Assembly: GCA_965140415.1 (NCBI GenBank)
Contig: OZ223209.1
Coordinates: 1,024,001-1,088,000, forward strand
Reading direction: 5' to 3'
DNA: 64,000 nt
DNA from: Myxococcota bacterium
GTDB taxonomy: Bacteria > Myxococcota_A > SURF-8
Shown here: piece by piece, positions 29,012-38,181 of the stretch
Layout: the number at the start of each line of letters is the position of its first letter
Numbering within the stretch: position 1 is the stretch's first letter
Notes under the pieces: model-generated
What the model was told of the DNA's origin: nothing
What the model saw: only the letters and a program-made list of their open reading frames with translations
Databases searched by the model: none
Translations under genes and position numbers: made by a program

Positions 29012-32000
29012 ATGTACAAGAAGGTTGAAAGCTGGGTGGATCTGATCGATTTGGAACATCGCGTTCAGGAGTTCTGGGACGAGACGCAGGCCTTTGACAA
29101 GCTGCGCAAAAAGAACGCGGGAAACGAGCCCTGGTCGTTTCTGGACGGTCCCATTACCGCTAACAATCCCATGGGCGTGCATCACGCCTGGGGACGTACC
29201 TTAAAAGATCTGTTCCAGCGTTATTGGGCCATGAACGGGCGGGATTTGCGCTACCAGAACGGGTTCGACTGCCAGGGCTTGTGGGTGGAAGTCGAAGTCG
29301 AAAAGGAAATGGGCTTCCAGACCAAGCAGGATATTGAAAACTTCGGCATCGACAAGTTCGTCAACGCCTGCAAGGAACGCGTCCGCAAGTTCAGCGGTAT
29401 TCAGACTCAGCAGTCGATTCGCCTGGGTTATTGGATGGATTGGAACGATTCCTATTACACCATGAGCGACGAGAACAACTACACGATCTGGTCGTTTTTG
29501 AAAAAATGCCACGAGCGCGGCAAGATCTATCGCGGCACCGACGTTATGCCCTGGTCCGGTCGCAGCGGCACCGGCTACAGCCAGATGGAAGTCGTGGAAG
29601 GCCGTAAACTGGTCGCGCACGAAGCGATTTTCCTGAAATTCCCGCTACGTGGACGCGAAAAGGAAAACCTGCTGCTCTGGACGACCACGCCCTGGACATT
29701 GACCAGCAACGTGGCCGCCATGATCAATACCGAGCTGGAGTACGTCAAGCTGCGCTGTCTGGGCGATGGCGAGCTCTACTACTTCGCTGCCGAGAACCTG
29801 AACTTCCAGCGCCTGGACCGCGAATTCAAGGAAAAGAAGGAGTGGGTCGATGGCGTTCCGAAGCTGAAAACCCTGTCGCAGATCTTCAAAGAGCGCGGCG
29901 GCTACGAAATAGAAGGCCACATCAAAGGCGAGGAGATGATCGGCTGGGAGTATGACGGTCCCTTTGATGAATTGGAAGCCCAGAAGGAAGTCGGCGGCTA
30001 TCCGTTCACGGATAAAAACGTCGAACTATGCGGAACCACTGCGCATCGCGTCATCGACGGCGGGCGCGACAGCCACGGTGGAGCCGTGGTCGTCGCCGGT
30101 GAGGGTACCGGCATCGTGCATACCGCGCCCGGCTGCGGTGATATCGATCATGAAGTGGGGATGAAGCTGGGGTTGCCGCAGATCGCGCCCCTGGACGAAG
30201 CCGCCCATTTCCTGCCGAAATTCGGGGAGTTGACCGGCAAGCACGCTTTGGCCGAAGAAACCGTGCAGTGGGTCATCGACAGCCTGAAACAGAAAGGGCT
30301 GCTGGTGGCGGTGGAACAGTATCCGCACGTTTACCCGCATTGCTGGCGCTCGGGCGATCCGCTCGTCTTTCGTTTGGTGGACGAATGGTACATCAACATG
30401 GACTGGCGTGACGAGATCAAGGATGTCGTCAAGCAGATCAAGTGGATTCCGGATTGGGGCGAGGAACGCGAGCTGGAATGGCTCACCAACATGCGCGACT
30501 GGATGATCAGTAAAAAGCGCTATTGGGGCCTGGCGCTGCCGATCTGGTTCTGCGACGAATGCGAGCATTTCCACGTCATCGGCGGCAAGGAAGAACTCAA
30601 AGAGCGCGCCATCGAAGGTTGGGAAGAGTTCGAGGGCAACAGCCCGCATCGTCCCTGGGTGGACGCCATCAAGATCAAGTGCGACAAGTGCGGCGCCAAA
30701 ATGCACCGCATTCCCGACGTCGGCAATCCCTGGTTGGACGCCGGTATCGTGCCGTATTCGACCGTCAAGTACAATACGGACCGCGAATACTGGAAAAAGT
30801 GGATGCCCGCCGATCTGGTACTGGAGTGCTTCCCCGGCCAGTTCCGCAACTGGTTCTATTCGCTGCTGGCGATGAGCACCATGATGGAGAACATGCCGCC
30901 GTTCAAAACGCTGTTGGGTCATGCTTTGGTGCGCGATGAAAACGGCGATGAGATGCACAAATCGAAGGGCAACGCGATCTGGTTCGAGGATGCCGCCGAG
31001 AAAATGGGTGCGGACATCATGCGCTGGATCTATTGTACGCACGAAACCACCAGCAACCTGAATTTCGGATACAACGTTGCTCGCGAAGTGCGCGGGAAGT
31101 TCTATAATACTCTATGGAACACCTATTCGTTCTTCGTCAACTATGCGCGTCTGGACGGTTTCACGCCTAGTGCCGAACCGACACCGGTGGCCGAGCGTCC
31201 CGCGTTCGACCGCTGGATTCTGAGCAACCTGCAACTGACTATCGCGGAGGTGCGCAGCAGCATCGAAGCGCAGTATCCGCGCGGAGCGACGCGCGCCATC
31301 AACCAGTTCGTGGAAGATCTGTCCAACTGGTACGTGCGCCACTGTCGCCGCCGTTTCTGGAAGGGCGACGGCGATACCGACAGCCGCAACGCCTATCAGA
31401 CCTTGTACGAATGTCTCTACGCTGTGATTCGCCTGGTCGCACCGATCATGCCCTTTACCACCGAGGAAATCTATCAGAACCTGGTGCGCGCCATCGACGA
31501 AAACGCCCCGGAGAGCATCCATCATACCGATTTCCCGCAAGTGGATGAGACCTTGATCGATCAGCAGTTGAGTGACGACATGGCCGAAATCCAGAACATC
31601 ATCGGCCTGTTCCTCTCTGCGCGCGAATCGGCGGGCGTCAAGGTGCGTCAGCCGCTTTCCGGTGGAGATTATTCTCCCGCCAGCGACAAGCAGCAGCGCG
31701 CCGTCGAACGTTTCGAAGAACTGCTAAAAGAGGATCTGAACATCAAATCGATCACCTTGAAGCCGATCACCGAACCTCTGCCGCCGTTGCCGATCGAATA
31801 TTCGGTCAAGGCCAACCTGAAAGTGTTAGGCAAGCGGCTCGGTAAGCAGTTGAAAGCTTTCAAGGCGGCCTTCAACGAGCAGAAGGATGCCATCGCCGCG
31901 GCGTATACCAAGGGTGAGACGACCTTCAGTGTCGATCTCGGTGGAGAATCGGTGACCTTGGGCAAGGACGATCTATTGGTCAAGGAAGATCGCGCCAAGG

Positions 32001-32320
32001 ATCTGGCCATCGCCGTAGACGGCGAGAACTGGGTGATTCTCGACACTGTAATCACCGAAGAACTGCGCCGGGAAGGGTTGATGCGCGAACTGCTGCGTCG
32101 CCTGCAAGTGCAGCGCAAGGAGATCGGTCTGGAGATCGAGGACCGCATTAATATCACGGTGCAAAGCGACTCCGACACCATGCAGCAGATCTTCACTGAG
32201 TATGGCGACTATCTCAAAGAGGAACTTTTAGCCGTGGAACTGACGATGGGTGAGGCGGCTGACGGCAAAGCTTATAAGCTCGATGGTGAGCAGGCCACGA
32301 TCCTGATCGAGAAAGCCTGA
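29012..32320 (+). CDS. ileS: isoleucine--tRNA ligase, type 2 (IleRS2)
   Basis: FLDGPITAN, GVHH (HIGH variant), GFDCQGLWVE, WTTTPWTL, GTGIVH.APG, YPHCWR, DWMISKKRYWG, EMHKS (KMSKS variant), IleRS2-type C-terminus (EG..RE..R..Q..RK). Confidence 0.95.
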   Translation: MYKKVESWVDLIDLEHRVQEFWDETQAFDKLRKKNAGNEPWSFLDGPITANNPMGVHHAWGRTLKDLFQRYWAMNGRDLRYQNGFDCQGLWVEVEVEKEMGFQTKQDIENFGIDKFVNACKERVRKFSGIQTQQSIRLGYWMDWNDSYYTMSDENNYTIWSFLKKCHERGKIYRGTDVMPWSGRSGTGYSQMEVVEGRKLVAHEAIFLKFPLRGREKENLLLWTTTPWTLTSNVAAMINTELEYVKLRCLGDGELYYFAAENLNFQRLDREFKEKKEWVDGVPKLKTLSQIFKERGGYEIEGHIKGEEMIGWEYDGPFDELEAQKEVGGYPFTDKNVELCGTTAHRVIDGGRDSHGGAVVVAGEGTGIVHTAPGCGDIDHEVGMKLGLPQIAPLDEAAHFLPKFGELTGKHALAEETVQWVIDSLKQKGLLVAVEQYPHVYPHCWRSGDPLVFRLVDEWYINMDWRDEIKDVVKQIKWIPDWGEERELEWLTNMRDWMISKKRYWGLALPIWFCDECEHFHVIGGKEELKERAIEGWEEFEGNSPHRPWVDAIKIKCDKCGAKMHRIPDVGNPWLDAGIVPYSTVKYNTDREYWKKWMPADLVLECFPGQFRNWFYSLLAMSTMMENMPPFKTLLGHALVRDENGDEMHKSKGNAIWFEDAAEKMGADIMRWIYCTHETTSNLNFGYNVAREVRGKFYNTLWNTYSFFVNYARLDGFTPSAEPTPVAERPAFDRWILSNLQLTIAEVRSSIEAQYPRGATRAINQFVEDLSNWYVRHCRRRFWKGDGDTDSRNAYQTLYECLYAVIRLVAPIMPFTTEEIYQNLVRAIDENAPESIHHTDFPQVDETLIDQQLSDDMAEIQNIIGLFLSARESAGVKVRQPLSGGDYSPASDKQQRAVERFEELLKEDLNIKSITLKPITEPLPPLPIEYSVKANLKVLGKRLGKQLKAFKAAFNEQKDAIAAAYTKGETTFSVDLGGESVTLGKDDLLVKEDRAKDLAIAVDGENWVILDTVITEELRREGLMRELLRRLQVQRKEIGLEIEDRINITVQSDSDTMQQIFTEYGDYLKEELLAVELTMGEAADGKAYKLDGEQATILIEKA

Positions 32321-32349
32321 TACGAAAACTCATAGAGTTTGATTCTATT

Positions 32350-32381
32350 ACGCGGGATGTCCAGTGGGTGTCCCGCGTTTT
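32350..32381 (+). terminator. intrinsic terminator after ileS
   Basis: ACGCGGGATGTCC-AGT-GGGTGTCCCGCGTTTT. Confidence 0.7.
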
Positions 32382-33672
32382 ACGTTTTGGGATTCATCTG
32401 CTCGTAGTGAGCAAGCGCGTTGGCGATGCGCTCGACCAGTCCAAGTACGCCGTCGTATCCCATAAACGGCATGGGCAGCAGATGGTGGGTAAAATAAGAG
32501 TGATACCCCAACTCGATGTGGGCGAATGGAAATTTGATGTGTGCTGTATTGAATGAAGGAGAAATCAGTGCGTTTATCTGATTGAGATGATATTCTATCT
32601 CTAACAAGTTAATCAAATCCGAAAAATCGGCATCGAATTTAACGGAGCTGTATTTTTCCTTTTGATCGTCTGCTGAAATATGGCGTTTGTCGGCGGTGGC
32701 GATTGTGGCTGCGATTTCTGCTCCAAAGAACCGCAAGGCTTCCCCTAAAGCAACGATGAAATAGGGATCGCCCATTAACGCAAAGCGTTTTCCAAGCAAA
32801 TAGCGTTCGACTGGAATGCGTAGTTTAGGCAGGATTTCCGCTTCCATCGTTTCGATAATGGACTCGGCGCGAGCTTGTTCGTTGCAGGCTTCTGCCACTA
32901 CCCGGAGAAAATCAGCACAGCCTTCCACGCCGATGGGCAGAGGTGCTTCCACTACCTGTGAGCCTGTGCGCCGGGCCAGGATCTGTGCCGCTTTGCGACC
33001 ATAAGGTAGAGATATCAGAATTCCGGCCTGTGCCACTTGTGCCAGCTCTTGGCAGGTTTCACCGGAAAACCAGATTGTACCCGGCGTCAATCCGAGCATA
33101 GACAGCAGCAGACGGATCTGTTGCAGGTTGGCTTGATGATCGCTTTCGTTGCGGTCCATGAAATAACCGATGACCGCCACCGTTTTGGGAATGGGTTTTG
33201 CTTCGGGAAGTGGAAGACGTTTTGCCAGTTCGGAAAGCATGGAGCCATAGCCGTCGAGCCAGTCTAGTTGCAGTTCTCCCTGAACCAAAGGGAGAACCGG
33301 TTTGTTGTATCGATCCTGTGCATCTTCGAAAATAGGGTCGTAGTCGCGGTGTGTCGCTTCGACCATCGTAGACGCCGTGACGGCGATAGCGGAAAACGCT
33401 GGGTCTTGACCTACTTGATTCAGCGCCTTTTCTAACGAGGAGGTATCTCCCATCGAACAGACGGGAATTGTGAGTTGTGTATTGATATGGCGCGGATTGG
33501 GAATACGAGCCAGCGTACTGAACCAGTCGTGGCTGCCGCTGATGCGCGTGGTTTTATTCATGTAACAGTCCGGCGCGTCGCTGATCAGCGCCAGATCGGC
33601 AATGGCGTTGGCGGCGAAATAGACACCATCGGAAAAAACCGGACATAATGAAGGTAGGTACTTGCTGATCAT
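32380..33672 (-). CDS. nitrogenase component-1 type oxidoreductase subunit (NifK/BchB-like paralog)
   Basis: GVYFAANAI.D....DAPDC; DWLDGY; VAVIGYFMDRNE.D; PLPIG.EG...FL; PFMGYDG. ATGA overlap with the upstream gene. Confidence 0.8.
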   Translation of the reverse strand: MISKYLPSLCPVFSDGVYFAANAIADLALISDAPDCYMNKTTRISGSHDWFSTLARIPNPRHINTQLTIPVCSMGDTSSLEKALNQVGQDPAFSAIAVTASTMVEATHRDYDPIFEDAQDRYNKPVLPLVQGELQLDWLDGYGSMLSELAKRLPLPEAKPIPKTVAVIGYFMDRNESDHQANLQQIRLLLSMLGLTPGTIWFSGETCQELAQVAQAGILISLPYGRKAAQILARRTGSQVVEAPLPIGVEGCADFLRVVAEACNEQARAESIIETMEAEILPKLRIPVERYLLGKRFALMGDPYFIVALGEALRFFGAEIAATIATADKRHISADDQKEKYSSVKFDADFSDLINLLEIEYHLNQINALISPSFNTAHIKFPFAHIELGYHSYFTHHLLPMPFMGYDGVLGLVERIANALAHYEQMNPKT

Positions 33673-35840
33673 GACTCGTGTGTTTTCCTTATTCGGTCAG
33701 CGATCCGTCTATAATAAGGCGTTTCACAGCGTTGCATGAGACGCTCGAAGCTGCGGTCCGCACCTTGGAAACCCATTTCGAAATCGCGCACGGAGAAAGT
33801 CGGTTTTCCTACGGTGAAAGCGCGTTCTTCGTGACTGTAATCGCTGTACACCGCGCCGATCTCCGGTTGGACGAGTAGATGCTGTAATTCTTCTTGGGTG
33901 CTGAAACATTCGACTTGAAGTTCGCTTAAATCCACCGTTTCTTCCTTGCTTGTTGCTAGCAATTCGCGAAGGGAAGGGCAGAAGTCTGGAATGGAAGCAT
34001 CTTCGAAAACCAGCGCCCGGCAGGAAAAACCGAACTCTCGCAATACACGAAGAAGTGAGAGGCCATCATTGGAGAGTGGCTCCCAGATGCGTCGTAGCTG
34101 GCTTGCTTCAACAACGAAGGCCAGTGTGATCGATGCACTTCGCTGCTGCCATTGTTGCAATTGACGTTGCAGATCCTGTTCGATCTTTGCATAAGCGGCT
34201 TGCCAGCGGTCGGATAGATCAAGTGCTTGTGCGATTGCCTCGCACCATAGGCGCGTCGCTTCAATTCCAAATGGTGCTGGAGGTTGGATATGTGGAATGT
34301 TTTCGAATGACTCGAACAGGTTTTTAAGATTTTCTTCGAACGTATTGGAAATCGGAAAGACCTGTAACCAGGCTTGATGGAAACCGGTTAGCTGAGCCGG
34401 TTCGAGGTTCGGAATCACTTGTGCAGAAACTTCGATGCCGCTGTTATTTAAGCTGTGTACCAGTTCCTGAGTGTCGGGTCCGGCAGGCAAGCCGATCAAG
34501 GCGACCGAAGGCAGTTCGTTACGCTTGGGCGGCATGGCCGGGTCGATCAGTTTTTCGAACAGCATCCGCAGGGAAGCTTCCGGCGAAATGAAATAATCTT
34601 CCGGGTAAAAGGGGAAGACCTCCAGTTTGGAATCCTGCTTGATCTCGTTTAAAAGTGCGTTTACATTTTGACCCAGTAATTTGAACAAACAGGTTTTACG
34701 GATGACATAGGTGCGCTCCGGGTTGGCGTTATTCGCGCTTTCCAGTAACAAACCACGCAAAACGTCTTCTCCGCCGGTCAGCAGGGCGTCATGTCCGCGA
34801 ATGTCGGTGGCCAGGGTAGAGGAGGTATGGTCAAGGTGATTTCCCTGCCCCTCGTGAGAACGCAGATTGTATAACGAATATTCCTGCTTTGGAATTGCCG
34901 GGGAAATACTCATGCAGGCGCGGTCGGCATGTTGAATGAGCGATACGTTCGGCGCATCCATCCAACGAAAAGCATGACGGCTTTCAATTTCACCTACTGC
35001 CATAAATTGCCGCCAGCGTGTTTCAGGCGGCAGAAAATAATAGCTATCCAGTTGTTTCACGGCTCCAAGTTGTAGAATACTGGCCAAGGCAGGTGAGATT
35101 TCGTCGGAATAGGTTTGTTGTCCTTCGAACTTGGGTAGTATTCGTGCAATTGCAAAGCCGACTGCTCGCTCCACCTGGTGCTCGATTGTTTCGCGCTCTT
35201 GTGCGCTACGTTCATCCGTATTCTGATAGAGCGACAGAAAACCGCGTTGGAGTAATAGGCGGCTTTCTCCATGCGTCTTGGGGTGCGTCTCGGTTTGTCG
35301 GGGATCGCTTATCCGTAGATCGAAACTTACTTTTATTTGTCCATCGGAAAAGATCAACTGGACGGAATTTCGCCCGGGAAGGACTTGCTTGATGCGGTAA
35401 CGATGCCAGCCGGATCGCTCCGGCTCGAACCAGTTCGTAATTCGCGAAATACATTCTTCGGCCTGGATTCCTTCTTCCGAATTTTCCAGTGGTATCAGTG
35501 CGCAAAACGATGGCCTGGAAAGGGAAGAGGAAAGTGTGCGTCCCAGGATGTGAAGCAACTCGTTTTCAAGTCCGGTCTGCTTGCTTTCCACTTTGCCGAA
35601 GGCAAAGCAGCCGGGCAGGTTGTCCAGTTTCTTTCCGATTCCTTCGAGCCAGGAGATGTGGACCGTTCCAAGGGAACTCTCGAACAAGAAACTCAATGAG
35701 CCATCCACTTCGGGAAAGGCGCTGACGTCCCAGGGCTGACCGCTGCGACGTGTGGCCAGCGCTGCCGCGATACGAGCCAGCGCGTGGCAACCCAGGTCCG
35801 GTCGCAGGCGGATATCGAGCGTTCCTTCGGGCGATGTCAT
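33669..35840 (-). CDS. nitrogenase component-1 type subunit (NifD/BchN-like paralog) with about 280-aa N-terminal extension of unknown family
   Basis: The C-terminal part has TDIR..D...GGE..L, KTC...LG.NV, VALIG.P, PAPFGIEAT..W, DFEMGFQGA. It is translationally coupled (ATGA) on both sides. Confidence 0.72.
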   Translation of the reverse strand: MTSPEGTLDIRLRPDLGCHALARIAAALATRRSGQPWDVSAFPEVDGSLSFLFESSLGTVHISWLEGIGKKLDNLPGCFAFGKVESKQTGLENELLHILGRTLSSSLSRPSFCALIPLENSEEGIQAEECISRITNWFEPERSGWHRYRIKQVLPGRNSVQLIFSDGQIKVSFDLRISDPRQTETHPKTHGESRLLLQRGFLSLYQNTDERSAQERETIEHQVERAVGFAIARILPKFEGQQTYSDEISPALASILQLGAVKQLDSYYFLPPETRWRQFMAVGEIESRHAFRWMDAPNVSLIQHADRACMSISPAIPKQEYSLYNLRSHEGQGNHLDHTSSTLATDIRGHDALLTGGEDVLRGLLLESANNANPERTYVIRKTCLFKLLGQNVNALLNEIKQDSKLEVFPFYPEDYFISPEASLRMLFEKLIDPAMPPKRNELPSVALIGLPAGPDTQELVHSLNNSGIEVSAQVIPNLEPAQLTGFHQAWLQVFPISNTFEENLKNLFESFENIPHIQPPAPFGIEATRLWCEAIAQALDLSDRWQAAYAKIEQDLQRQLQQWQQRSASITLAFVVEASQLRRIWEPLSNDGLSLLRVLREFGFSCRALVFEDASIPDFCPSLRELLATSKEETVDLSELQVECFSTQEELQHLLVQPEIGAVYSDYSHEERAFTVGKPTFSVRDFEMGFQGADRSFERLMQRCETPYYRRIADRIRKTHES

Positions 35841-36679
35841 AAGGAACTACCCCGTTGTGTCTGGATGAAACTGAAGAAGGCTTCATCGTCCAGCGGTGTG
35901 GGCAGTACGAGATCCTTATCGGGCAGGCGTTCAAGTTGTTGCGACAGCGCCTCGAAGCGCTTGGATGCTTCGGATTGCGGCGCATATTCGGAGACCGTTT
36001 GCCCGTGGATTTCGGCTTCTCCTATCAAGGGATCGCGCGGCATGACGGCCAGAATCGGAGCGCCAAGCTGCTCTGCAAAACGTTCAGGCAAAGAAACGGG
36101 AACGCTGTTGTCTCGTCGATTGACGACGATGCCTGCCAGACGGATACCACTGCGTTGCAACCGTACAATGGCGCGTGCGATGTTGTTGGCGGCAAACAGC
36201 GACATCACTTCTTCGCTGATGACCAGCACGACCATATCGGCAAAACCTTTGCGCAAAGGCGCGGCAAAACCACCGCAAACCACGTCGCCGAGGATGTCGA
36301 ACACGATGGCCTTGTAGCCGTTACGCTGGTAGTCGTTTTCCTCCAGCATACTTAATACGCGAGCCACGCCCCAGCCTCCGCAACCCAAACCGGGTTCGGG
36401 GCCGCCCGCCTCGATGCAGTCGATATCCGCAGCACCTTTCCGGATGAACTGGTTCAGGTGCAATTCTCCATCTTGGATTTCGATCAATTTGGAGGCGACC
36501 GTCACCGGGCGCTCCCCGTGTGTCAACAGAATGGTCGAATCGCTTTTCGGATCACAGCCGACGTGCAGGACTTTTCCACCGCGCAAGGCGAACTGCATGG
36601 ACAGATTGGCGGAAATCGTCGATTTACCGATGCCGCCTTTTCCGTATATCGCCAGTTTTACCGTTTCTCGTTCGAACAT
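35837..36679 (-). CDS. nitrogenase iron protein-like ATPase (NifH/BchL/CfbC family paralog)
   Basis: AIYGKGGIGKST, GCDPKSDST, EAGGPEPGLGCGG, DILGDVVCGGFAAP, MSLFAANNI; both [4Fe-4S] Cys ligands present. Confidence 0.93.
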   Translation of the reverse strand: MFERETVKLAIYGKGGIGKSTISANLSMQFALRGGKVLHVGCDPKSDSTILLTHGERPVTVASKLIEIQDGELHLNQFIRKGAADIDCIEAGGPEPGLGCGGWGVARVLSMLEENDYQRNGYKAIVFDILGDVVCGGFAAPLRKGFADMVVLVISEEVMSLFAANNIARAIVRLQRSGIRLAGIVVNRRDNSVPVSLPERFAEQLGAPILAVMPRDPLIGEAEIHGQTVSEYAPQSEASKRFEALSQQLERLPDKDLVLPTPLDDEAFFSFIQTQRGSSL

Positions 36680-36718
36680 AAACGTGTCACTCTCATATGA
36701 TAGACGTATATAACAGCG

Positions 36719-36747
36719 ATACTAAATAGTTTGCGTGGTGAGCGCAA
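36719..36747 (-). promoter_or_regulatory. sigma70-type promoter of the nitrogenase-like operon
   Basis: Minus strand TTGCGC-N17-TAGTAT 40 bp upstream of the NifH-like start. Confidence 0.5.
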
Positions 36748-36805
36748 GGTAAAAAGGGGGCTGTGTCCGTTCGTGTTTAGAGGTAGCCTTTATAAAGAGT
36801 AATCG

Positions 36806-37996
36806 TTACTGTGGGTCACTGTCTGGGAGTGAATGCTGGGATTGCTGCATACGAATCCAGGGAGCGAGCGTCTGTCCCACGACCTTGTTTCCCAGTCGAT
36901 TCCAGTGGAAGTCTTTATCGAAGTAAACCTTTTCCCCCCGCCGTTCGTAGGTTTGCAGATTTGTGAGTAGATCGAATGTTGGAATCGAAAGCGACGCGGT
37001 GGTTTGTTGCAATAGGCGATTAGGTTGGGTCCAGTCGATCTGCTCATCGGTAACCTGCTTTTCCAACTCCGCCTGCTCCTGTGGCCGCACCTGTTCTCGC
37101 GAAGGCGCCAGTGCGTAAAGCAGGGTGATGCCACGCCGGTCCAATTCGGTTTTCATTTCATTTAAAATGGCTCGTTCGACCCGGATTCCCTGTTCGATAC
37201 GAGGAAGCTGCTGCACTAGAAAAATTTCGTTGATGTAAGCGGTCGCTTTCGTTTTTTCGAGCGTTTTATCCAGTGAGTCCAGAGCGTGATACAGCACCCG
37301 GAACAGGTAGGAACGTTGGTAGAGACCCATCCATTTTCCCATGGTGCGTAAGGCCCAGCGTTCCGCGAAATCGCCGGAGGGTTTTGTTAGCGGCAGTCCA
37401 TGCGTTTGCAGCTCTCCGTTTGCTGACAGGCTGAAACTCGGGCGGGGATAGATTTCCAAGTTGGGACGGTCCGCGAGGTTGTCGTACAGGTCGTTTCCAG
37501 GATAAGCCATTACCAAAACAATATCCGGCTCAAACGCAAGCACGTCGCGTTGCAATTGCAGCCATTGTTGGCCACGACCGAAGCCGCTTACTCCGAAATT
37601 GAGCACCTCGTAGTTTTTTCCTAGTTGCCGCTCCAGCACTTCGGTGAAAATTTCGTCGTTATTCACGGAAAATCCCCAGGTGAACGAATCACCCAGTACG
37701 GCGATGCGACGTATGTTTTTCGGTTTTTCAAGGAAGTATTCTCGGTCGCGCATGCCGGAAGAATTGATGCTCACCTGGACTTTGAACTCATCGCCTTGTG
37801 AGAACTCGCCTTGGGTGTTTGGGATGCAGTGCCAGCCCAGATGATCGTCGAATTCGAAGAAAACGAACTGATTTCCCTGCTGTACGAATGAGTCCGTAAA
37901 TGACCACCTGGCCGCCAGTTCCGCCCCCAAAACGATCAGTCCGATCAGGACAAGATTCACAATGATAATGGTAAAAGCTTGTTTCAAATTTTTCAT
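36806..37996 (-). CDS. membrane-anchored SGNH/GDSL hydrolase (AlgX/acetyltransferase-like)
   Basis: N-terminal TM; INSSGMRD; LGDSFTWG; NFGVSGFG; GND; DFHWN..G. Confidence 0.85.
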   Translation of the reverse strand: MKNLKQAFTIIIVNLVLIGLIVLGAELAARWSFTDSFVQQGNQFVFFEFDDHLGWHCIPNTQGEFSQGDEFKVQVSINSSGMRDREYFLEKPKNIRRIAVLGDSFTWGFSVNNDEIFTEVLERQLGKNYEVLNFGVSGFGRGQQWLQLQRDVLAFEPDIVLVMAYPGNDLYDNLADRPNLEIYPRPSFSLSANGELQTHGLPLTKPSGDFAERWALRTMGKWMGLYQRSYLFRVLYHALDSLDKTLEKTKATAYINEIFLVQQLPRIEQGIRVERAILNEMKTELDRRGITLLYALAPSREQVRPQEQAELEKQVTDEQIDWTQPNRLLQQTTASLSIPTFDLLTNLQTYERRGEKVYFDKDFHWNRLGNKVVGQTLAPWIRMQQSQHSLPDSDPQ

Positions 37997-38181
37997 GAAA
38001 CTCTTTCAGCGATCCTGGTTTCAACAATACATACAAAGGCATATTTCATGCATCTGTACGGATTGTATTAGAAGTTTGTCTATTCCGGCTAAAGCGCTTT
38101 ACAGAAAGGATTTCCTTGCTCATAATAGCACGATCTGCATTCGATTTGAATACGTGAGTCCAAAAATCAGGAGATGACATC

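Noticed and set aside
32380-36679. Genuine nitrogen-fixation (nifHDK) cluster
   Set aside because: The component-1 subunits are highly divergent with no recognisable FeMo-co ligand motifs, and there is no nifB/E/N or sigma54-type promoter in the window.
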